Shown: positions 9,445 to 16,728 of the stretch, piece after piece | How positions within the stretch are numbered: position 1 is the first letter of the stretch | Layout: every line of letters begins with the position of its first letter | Notes under the pieces: generated by a model | Databases searched by the model: none | Told to the model about the DNA's origin: nothing | Seen by the model: only the letters and a program-made list of their open reading frames with translations | Source: Dehalococcoidia bacterium | GTDB lineage: Bacteria > Chloroflexota > Dehalococcoidia > Lucifugimonadales > UBA1123 | Direction: 5' to 3' | Assembly (NCBI GenBank): GCA_965248005.1 | Contig: CBDFIE010000003.1 | Location: 1,494,498 to 1,558,497, forward strand | DNA length: 64,000 bases | Program-made: the position numbers and the translations under genes

Positions 9445-10422
9445 ATGAGAGCAGCCCGAATAAGCGCCCCGAAGCAGTTCGAGTTCATCGACATCGATCC
9501 GCCCGCCATGGAGGACGGACAGTGCCTGGTCAGACTGGAGGGCTGGTCGGTGTGCGGGAGTGACATCCGCCACGGCTACGGGCCAATCTACCCCGAGGAG
9601 CAGTATCCCATGCGCTCCGGCGGGGGGTGCCACGAGTGCATAGGCACCGTGGTCGAAAGCCGTACCAGCGAGTTTAATGAGGGCCAGAGAGTAATCGTGT
9701 TGCCCGACCGAAACGGCCCCGGGGGCCTCGTCGAGTACCTGGCCAGCTACCCCGAACGCATGGTGGCCGTCCCGGACGAGGGCACGCCGGCGGAGTGGGT
9801 AATGTGCCAACCCTCGGGCACTGTCCTTTACGCGTGCCAGCAGATGGGCACGATTCTGGGGAAAAGTGTGTTGATTCTGGGCCAGGGGAGCATCGGCCTG
9901 TCCTTTACCGCAATCTGCGCCCGGGCCGGTGCGTCGCAGGTCATCGCGGTCGATCTGCACGATCACAGGCTCGAGTTCGCCGAGAGGTTCGGGGCCACCC
10001 ACACGATCAACCCGACCAGTGTCAACCTGGAAGAAGCGGTGGAGGACATCACCGGAGGGAAGGGCGCCGAGATCGCCGTGGAAGCTGCAGGCTACCCGGA
10101 CACGCTGAACGACTGCTTCAAGTACGTTTCACAGCACGGCACTGTCATAATCTTTGGAGTGCAGCAGGACTTGCCGGGCCACACGACCCCTTTGAACTTT
10201 TCGCAGTTCATGTCGAAAACACCGACGATTATTCCGACCGTCGGCGCTACCAGCGGGGACGCCGTGAAGCACATCGAAACCATGGTCAAGCTGAAGGCCC
10301 GAGGATGGTGGGACCCGGGCGAGCTGGTTACCCACAGGCTCAGCTTCAGCGAGGTAAACAGGGCCTACGACATGTTCGAAGGCGTTGAGGACGGTGTGGT
10401 CAAGGTCGTCCTGAGCCCGTAG
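9445..10422 (+). CDS. zinc-type alcohol/threonine dehydrogenase-like oxidoreductase (MDR family)
   Basis: GWSVCGSDIRHG and GHECIG-like zinc-ligand motifs and an ILGQGSIG Rossmann motif. Start taken at MRAARISAPK, with GAGGAGGGG upstream; the track ORF begins at 9391. Confidence 0.85.
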   Translation: MRAARISAPKQFEFIDIDPPAMEDGQCLVRLEGWSVCGSDIRHGYGPIYPEEQYPMRSGGGCHECIGTVVESRTSEFNEGQRVIVLPDRNGPGGLVEYLASYPERMVAVPDEGTPAEWVMCQPSGTVLYACQQMGTILGKSVLILGQGSIGLSFTAICARAGASQVIAVDLHDHRLEFAERFGATHTINPTSVNLEEAVEDITGGKGAEIAVEAAGYPDTLNDCFKYVSQHGTVIIFGVQQDLPGHTTPLNFSQFMSKTPTIIPTVGATSGDAVKHIETMVKLKARGWWDPGELVTHRLSFSEVNRAYDMFEGVEDGVVKVVLSP

Positions 10423-10549
10423 CGGGGCACGCCTGTTCAGAGCCTCGGACGCGGGGACAGCCCGATTAGCGGCGTGGCACCGTCGGAGGGCCGACGATAC
10501 ACGGTCCACCCTGGGCCCGGCGGTCTGCCGCGACGCCGGGATGAGAATT

Positions 10550-11266
10550 CTAGCCGTCCCTGGACCTGCGGTAGCGCTCAACTGTCGCATCCGTGGGCGG
10601 ATAGTACTTGCCGGGCGGGACCTCTTCCCTCTGGATAAGACCTTTGATGTACTCCTCGACTTCCTCGTGCTCCTCCACCCAGTCGATGACGTCGGCGGCC
10701 ACGCCGGCGGGCACGACTACGACACCGTCGTCATCGCCGACGATCAGGTCCCCGGGACGCACGGCCACCCCGCCGCACTGGATGGTGCCGTTGGCCTCGA
10801 ACGGGTCGATCTCTCCAGCGCCGCCCGCGGGCGTGCGACCGCCAGCAAATATCGTCAGACCGTACCCCTGCACAATGTCCAGGTCCCGTATCGCCGCGTC
10901 GGTCACGACCCCCGCGGCACCCCTCATCTTGAGCTGCAGCAGCTTCACGTCGCCGCCGATCGCGGCGTACTTGCGGCCCATGCCGTCGCACACCAGCACG
11001 TCACCGGGCTCGCAGGAGCCCATGGCGTGGTACTCCGGCGAGTCCTCGCCACGGTGGGTGTCCAGTATGATGTCAGGCCGCGGTGGGATGAAACGCAGGG
11101 TCCTGGCCCTGCCCACCAGAGCGCGACCTGGCGTCAGGTTCCGGACCTCTCGCATGAAGCACGGTTCGTAACCCAGCCGGCTCACGCCACTGTACACCGT
11201 CGCCACCGCGACCTCCTTAAAGCGTTCGATCATCTCCCGGGTCATCTCGCTGGACATCTGTCGCAC
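10550..11266 (-). CDS. RraA-family protein (4-hydroxy-4-methyl-2-oxoglutarate aldolase/RraA-like)
   Basis: GDVLVCDG...AAIGGDV...GVVTDAAIRD and a GDLIVGDDDGVVVVP tail, all typical of the RraA/DlpA fold. Confidence 0.85.
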   Translation of the reverse strand: MRQMSSEMTREMIERFKEVAVATVYSGVSRLGYEPCFMREVRNLTPGRALVGRARTLRFIPPRPDIILDTHRGEDSPEYHAMGSCEPGDVLVCDGMGRKYAAIGGDVKLLQLKMRGAAGVVTDAAIRDLDIVQGYGLTIFAGGRTPAGGAGEIDPFEANGTIQCGGVAVRPGDLIVGDDDGVVVVPAGVAADVIDWVEEHEEVEEYIKGLIQREEVPPGKYYPPTDATVERYRRSRDG

Positions 11267-11411
11267 CTCCTGGCCGACCGATGGCTCGGCCGCTCCGATA
11301 TTTCGCGCCGCAGAGACCCATCAGACGCGGGCCTCCGGGCGCCGTCCTTGAGGCAGTATACCCGCTCCGGACCCTCAGTAGGAGCAGCGATTCGTCGCGG
11401 AGTCCGCTGGC

Positions 11412-11792
11412 TCAGCCCAGAGCGTCCCGAATCCCGCGGGCGCGCTCATAGGCTGCGCGCTCCATGGGGTGACGCCAGCCTTCGCGGATGTGGCTTGGGC
11501 GCCACCGCAGCGAGTAGAGCACTAAGTAACGCCACCAGCCCATCTCGGCCTGCTGGACAACGTGGTAGATCTCGTGTCCCAGAAGAGCGATGCCTGCGTC
11601 CGTCTCAATGTCAGGGGACCTGGCGGTCATGTGGACGGTCCCGTTTATTGTCACGGCGCCCTGGCCGGAGGCGCCGAACAGGCGTCCGAACCACGACCCG
11701 TGCAGCACGACCACGTCTCTGGGCAGGCGCTCACCGTACCAGCGCGCCAGCAAAGTGCTGGTCCTCTCGGGGATTTTCATACGTGTCGACAT
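11412..11792 (-). CDS. DUF4157-type (HExxH) small protein
   Basis: AVTINGTVHM...LLGHEIYHVVQQ matches the DUF4157 zincin-like core. Start at MSTRMK, with AGGTGA upstream. The longer track ORF (to 12071) has an implausible Arg/Pro-rich extension. Confidence 0.65.
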   Translation of the reverse strand: MSTRMKIPERTSTLLARWYGERLPRDVVVLHGSWFGRLFGASGQGAVTINGTVHMTARSPDIETDAGIALLGHEIYHVVQQAEMGWWRYLVLYSLRWRPSHIREGWRHPMERAAYERARGIRDALG

Positions 11793-12298
11793 ATTTTCAC
11801 CTGGGGCCGCATCTACTGAGATGTACATAATATGCCGTGGCTCAGCCGTCATACAACATGGCGGACGCCGGGGGGGAGATGGTCGAGCCCGGCGGGCTTC
11901 AGGTTGACCGTGACTGGGCGCATTGATACACTCGCACGCACTCCAGATTGGGGCAGATACCGGCAACAATCGGGCGTGGGCGCCGCCAAAACGGGGCTTC
12001 GCACCGGTTTCCTCTTGAAATCGCGGTCGCCCCGGTCTCCAGATTTGCCAATTGGAGCGTTCGTCGCGCACCGCTATCTCAGTTTCGGAATAATTCCAGC
12101 GGTGTACAGAACATGATAGCCGTGAGGATTAGTCATCCCGCTGGACACGGGAAGAACGTTCAGGGAATGTTCAGTCCAGGTTAGGCTAGCTCTCATGCGG
12201 CGGAGCGTCCCGGCGGGGAATATATAGGGGCCGATTCGCCGGTGGAATCGGCCACGGTCGCGCGGTCTAGCAGTCGAGAGTGCGGTAAGCGGCAAGCG

Positions 12299-12895
12299 AT
12301 GGAACAGCAGCCGATAGGGCGCTACCAGGTCCTGGATGAGATCGCCTCTGGCGGCCAGGGGGCGGTCTACCGCGTCTTCGACCCCGATACCGGGCAGATC
12401 GTCGCCCTCAAGGTGCTCCACGGCTTCCTGTCGACCGACAGCAACTACGTCGAGCGGTTCCGGCGGGAGGCATCGCTCGCGGCCTCCATAGACCACCCCT
12501 ATGTGGTCAAGATAATCGAGGTGGGCCAGGACGGCGACCAGCACTTCATGGCGCTGGAGTTCCTGCCCGAGAGCCTGTCCCGAGTCATCGAGGCCGGGGG
12601 CCAAATGCGCCTCGACCGGGCCGTCGAGTTCGGGATCCAGATCGCCGATGGACTGGCCCAGGCCCACGAGTTGGGCATCGTACACCGCGACATCAAGCCT
12701 CAGAACATCCTCATAGGGCCCGACGGCGTCGCCAAGGTGACAGACATTGGCATCGCCCGCTCCGAGGTGCTCTCGACCATGACCGCCACGGGGGCGGTGA
12801 TGGGGACTCCACACTATATGTCGCCTGAGCAGTCCCGAGGCGAAGAGGCCGACGCCCGCTCGGACATCTACTCGCTGGGCTGCATGCTCTACTAG
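12299..12895 (+). pseudogene. Ser/Thr protein kinase, truncated after subdomain IX by the IS630 insertion
   Basis: Hanks motifs are present in order: GGQGAVYRV, ALKV, HRDIKPQNIL, DIG (DFG-equivalent position), GTPHYMSPE, DIYSLGCMLY. The stop TAG then lies at the IS junction and subdomains X-XI are missing. Confidence 0.8.
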
Positions 12896-14028
12896 TACTT
12901 AGTTTTGATAATATCTATACGTAATGGTAGGCAGATGTTATGCTGACCGCATGCGAAGAGCAGAGACGATCATCACGTTGACAACCGGAGAGCGTGGGGA
13001 GCTGGAGACCACGGTTCGGAGCCGTACTGCTCCGTATCGAGCCGTACAGCGCGCGCGATTGGTTCTGCTGGCGGCCGATGGAACGCCCAATACAGCGATC
13101 GCCCGGGAGGTGGGTCTGACGCGGGCGCGGGTTGTGGTGTGGCGGAAGAGGTTTGCGGCGGAGCGGAGCGCAGGGCTGAACGACGGGGCCCGGCCCGGAA
13201 AGGCTCGGAAGTACACGGCCAGCACTGAGAGGCGCATCCTGGCGAAGCTGGATGAACCGCCTCCCGAGGGATACAGCACGTGGACAGGGCGGCTGGTCGC
13301 TGAGGCATTGGGAGACGTTCCAGCCCACTATGTCTGGCAGGTGCTGAGGAAACATGGGATTCATTTGCAGCGTCGTCGAAGTTGGTGCGTGAGCACGGAC
13401 CCCCAGTTCGCCCAGAAAGCGGCCGATGTGGTGGCCTTGTATCTGGACCCGCCGGAGAACGCGGTGGTGTTGAGCGTGGATGAGAAACCCGCCATCCAGG
13501 CTCTGGAGCGGGCTCAGGGCTGGCTGCGCATGCCCAACGGGCAGGCCCTCCGCGGGTTCAGCCACGAATACAAACGCCACGGAACCACCACCCTCTTCGC
13601 TGCCCTGGAGGTTGCCCGAGGGACGGTGACGGTAGGCCACTATCGCCGCCGCCGCCGGCGTGAGTTCTTGGACTTCATGAACCGTCTGGTCGCTCAGTAC
13701 CCCGACCAGGAGTTGCACGTTATCCTGGATAACCTTAATACTCATAAGCCCAAGCATGACCGGTGGCTGGCTCGGCATCCCAATGTCCACTTCCATTACA
13801 TCCCTACCCACGCTTCCTGGCTCAACCAAATCGAGGTCTGGTTCAGCATCCTGACGCGTCGAGCCCTGCGGGGTCTTAACGCCACCTCTGTGCGCGATGT
13901 CTGCCGTGCCATAGATGCCTTTACCCAGGCTCGCAACCAGTGCCCCGTCCCCTTCGAATCGACCAAGAACGTTGTGCACCCCGGTTCCCTTAAGCATACG
14001 TATCGTGATCTAGCTAACTAAGTGCTAG
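12892..14028 (+). mobile_element. IS630-family insertion sequence (~1.14 kb)
   Basis: Terminal inverted repeats: CTAGTACTTAGTT at the left, and AACTAAGTGCTAG at the right (reverse complement CTAGCACTTAGTT, 12 of 13 matching). TA flanks both ends (12890-91 and 14029-30). A single transposase ORF has its stop inside the right repeat. Confidence 0.85.
12951..14021 (+). CDS. IS630-family DDE transposase
   Basis: N-terminal HTH region (LTTGERGELETTVRSRTAPYRAVQRARLVLLAADG) and the DDE region (VLSVDEKPAIQALER ... HVILDNLNTHK ... HFHYIPTHASWLNQIEVWF). An alternative ATG lies at 12924. Confidence 0.9.
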   Translation: MRRAETIITLTTGERGELETTVRSRTAPYRAVQRARLVLLAADGTPNTAIAREVGLTRARVVVWRKRFAAERSAGLNDGARPGKARKYTASTERRILAKLDEPPPEGYSTWTGRLVAEALGDVPAHYVWQVLRKHGIHLQRRRSWCVSTDPQFAQKAADVVALYLDPPENAVVLSVDEKPAIQALERAQGWLRMPNGQALRGFSHEYKRHGTTTLFAALEVARGTVTVGHYRRRRRREFLDFMNRLVAQYPDQELHVILDNLNTHKPKHDRWLARHPNVHFHYIPTHASWLNQIEVWFSILTRRALRGLNATSVRDVCRAIDAFTQARNQCPVPFESTKNVVHPGSLKHTYRDLAN

Positions 14029-14697
14029 TATTGTATGCTTGGCGGTCTGGGGCTACTCCAGGCCCTGCCTCCTCTTACACTGTCCACCCCTGACCGAACA
14101 TTTCCTACTCAACGGCCTGCGCGGTGGACGCCGTGCTCCTCCTTGGGTACACTCGAAGTAAGTACGACGTGGATACATAACGTACGCCGATCCCACACCC
14201 TCAGGCGCACGAATAGCAGTTCGCCGGGCACAGATAACGACGCTGGGTAGGTTTAGATGATAGCCAGTACAGGAACTGCGACTAGAAAGCTGACGCCAAG
14301 ACAAGAGCGTTTCGTCCAAAAGTACGTGAGCTGCGCCCCTGGCCGCTGCTAGCGTGGAACTTACTCAGGACGGGCTCCAGCGGCATTCCGGCGTAGTTCT
14401 ACACGGAGGGTCACCGGGAGGAGGCGGGACGTGGTAGCTGGCCTTGCGGACATAGCTCAGAACGGTCGGAGCGAGTCTGCCAGTTTAGATGGAAGGGGTT
14501 TCTACGTCGGCTCGAGCTACCAAGGCGGGGTCTCCACTAGCAACAGCACCACTCAAACCGGGAAACTATTCCTCGGCTTCAACGATCAAATGGTCAAGTG
14601 TGATCGAAGCGGACTCGACTCAGGCGCTGTCGGTGACAACACCGGGTCGTTTGCTGCAACGATTACGATCACCCCACTCCGATATCGTGAGGCCCGC

Positions 14698-15966
14698 ATG
14701 GGACCAGACGAGCGGGTGAAACGAGCAATAGCGGCCCATCTACTTGCGCTATTGGGTGCGGCCAACCTATTCGCCGTGGCGTGCGGAGGCGCCGCCTCAG
14801 CCACCCCGCTCACGCCAACGCCATCGCCGAAGCAGACCGATACTCTCGCACCGACGTTAACGCCCCCATCAGCCCCGACCGTCGCGCCCAGTACTCGGCC
14901 CCTGGAACCGTGGCTCGGGCCGGACGAGTGGCCCGCCTTCAGGCTCGACGCCCGGAACACCGGGTCCCACGGGGACATCGGCCTGACAGACGCCCCAAGG
15001 CTGCTGTGGCGCTTCAACGCGCGAGGGGTGGTGGAGTCGTCGCCCGCCGTGGTGGGGGGTGTTGTGTACGCCGGGACTTTTGCCGGGGCGCTCTACGCCA
15101 TTGACGCGGCGGACGGCGAGATGCTCTGGCGATTCCGGGTGGGCGGCCTGCTGCGAGGCTCGCCGTCCGTGGCCGGTGGGATTGTCTACTTTGGCGCCGA
15201 CGACAACCGGTTCTACGCGGTCGAGGCAGACTCCGGAAAGCAGCTCTGGTCCTTCGAGCTGGGGCCGGGCGGACAGCAGTCTTCGGCGGCGGTCGTCGAC
15301 GGCGTGGTCTACTTCGGCGCCTTCGACCACAACGTCTACGCGCTGGACGCCGCCACCGGCGACGAGAAGTGGCGCTTCCGGACCGGCGACGGCATTCTGT
15401 CGTCCCCCGCGGTTAGCGACGGCACAGTTTTCATCGGCTCCATCGATGGCAACCTCTACGCGCTCGACGCCGAAACCGGCGATGAGCGGTGGCGGTTCGA
15501 GACGCCGGGCCCTGTCTTCTCGTCGCCGGCGGTCGCGGGTGGCGCCGTTTACGTGGGCTCGGACGACGGGGTCGTCTACGCTGTGGATGCCGAGACGGGA
15601 GGGGAGCGGTGGCGGTTCCAGACGGGAGCCGAGGTGTTCTCGTCGCCGGCGGTCTTCGGCGGAGTGGTATACGTCGGCTCTAATGACGGGTCCGTATACG
15701 CCATCGCGGAGGCTGACGGCGAGCTGCTGTGGTCGGAGGAAATCGGTGGTGGCGTGCTCTCATCGCCAGCCGTGCTGGGGAAGCTCTTATACGTCGGGTC
15801 CACGGACGGTAATCTCTACGCGTTGGACCGCGCAAATGGCGAAGTGGCATGGAGGTACCGGGTCGCCGGACGCGTCTGGACGTCGCCGGCGGTGCTTGAC
15901 GGCGTGATCTACTTCGGCTCCCACGATGGCGGCATCTACGCTATCACCGACGAGGGCCAGACGTGA
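14698..15966 (+). CDS. PQQ-like beta-propeller repeat lipoprotein
   Basis: Internal Met followed by a signal peptide and lipobox (LLGAANLFAVAC), then a Pro/Thr linker, then about 8 repeats of the form SSPAV.GG.VY.GS.DG.LYA.DA.TG...W. The track ORF start at 14431 lies upstream of the signal peptide. Confidence 0.85.
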   Translation: MGPDERVKRAIAAHLLALLGAANLFAVACGGAASATPLTPTPSPKQTDTLAPTLTPPSAPTVAPSTRPLEPWLGPDEWPAFRLDARNTGSHGDIGLTDAPRLLWRFNARGVVESSPAVVGGVVYAGTFAGALYAIDAADGEMLWRFRVGGLLRGSPSVAGGIVYFGADDNRFYAVEADSGKQLWSFELGPGGQQSSAAVVDGVVYFGAFDHNVYALDAATGDEKWRFRTGDGILSSPAVSDGTVFIGSIDGNLYALDAETGDERWRFETPGPVFSSPAVAGGAVYVGSDDGVVYAVDAETGGERWRFQTGAEVFSSPAVFGGVVYVGSNDGSVYAIAEADGELLWSEEIGGGVLSSPAVLGKLLYVGSTDGNLYALDRANGEVAWRYRVAGRVWTSPAVLDGVIYFGSHDGGIYAITDEGQT

Positions 15967-16051
15967 CGCCCCGCCGGCGCCTATTTGCCGGCATGTAAAC
16001 CAACGTCTCATTCCGTACCGTGAGCTGCCCCGCCCGCCCACCCAAAAATAT

Positions 16052-16568
16052 GATTCTGGGGACACCCCAGACCCCGGCGGGGGCTCCGCCCCCTGCACCC
16101 CCGGCTTGCTCGCGAGAGGAGCCAGGTCTTAGTGGACGTACAGCCAAAACCGAATTCCGGCCGGCCGGGTGACCGCCCCCTCTCATCTCCGGACGAATTT
16201 CAGGCCATCCCCGGTCCTTCCGCCCGCAACGTGAATAGTTCACGAATCCTGCGAAGGATGTTTCTGGGGACACCCCAAAACCCGGCGGGGCTCCGCCCCC
16301 TGCACCCCCGGCTTGCTTGCGAGATGAGCCGGGTCTTGGTGGACGTACAGCCAAAACCGAATTCCGTCCGGCCGCGTGCCTGCCCCCTCTCAACTTGGGA
16401 CGAATTTCAGGCCTTCCCCGGTTCTCCCGCCCGCAACGTGAATAGTTCACGAATCCTGCGAAGGATGATTCTGGGGACACCCCAGACCCCGGCGGGGGCT
16501 CTGCCCCCTGCACCCTCGGCTTGCTTGCGAGATGAGCCAAACCTCAGCGGACGTGCGGCCAAAACCGG
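16052..16568. repeat. tandem array of a ~207-nt unit (2.5 copies)
   Basis: Unit starts are at 16052, 16260 and 16467. Each unit contains the hairpins gggggc-tcc-gccccc, gtgaa-tag-ttcac and atcct-gcga-aggat. Confidence 0.85.
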
Positions 16569-16728
16569 TCAGAGAACATATGCTCGTAATATGCGAACAA
16601 TCGGCCTGACACCAGACCGCGTGGGTGGTAGAATCAAGTCTGTTACAGCCGCCGGCGCGGGGGCCCGATCGGAGTCGATTGCTAGACATGTTCCGGTGAC
16701 GGCGGGCCAGGTGGAGGACAATACAAAA

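Noticed and set aside
10541-11830. A 429-aa plus-strand ORF. Similar long ORFs include 53229..55046 (minus), 5526..6146, 8611..9315, 12915..13997, 26078..27139, 30654..31613 and 58040..59050.
   Set aside because: They lie antisense to, or out of frame with, genes that have clear family motifs. They are Arg/Pro/Gly/Ala-rich with no recognisable domains, which is typical of open-frame artefacts in high-GC DNA.
14447-14520. A tRNA-like D-arm string: gcggacatagctcagaacggtcggagcg.
   Set aside because: GCTC...GAGC pairs like a D-stem. However, the following segment forms no anticodon stem (AGTCT versus TAGAT do not pair), there is no GTTCGAATC-type T-loop, and there is no acceptor complement.
16132-16728. 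A 199-codon N-terminal extension of uvrA, as given by the track ORF 16132..19719.
   Set aside because: The extension is just a read-through of the 207-nt tandem repeat (its peptide sequence repeats itself). UvrA homology begins at [19 protein letters not shown] (16729).
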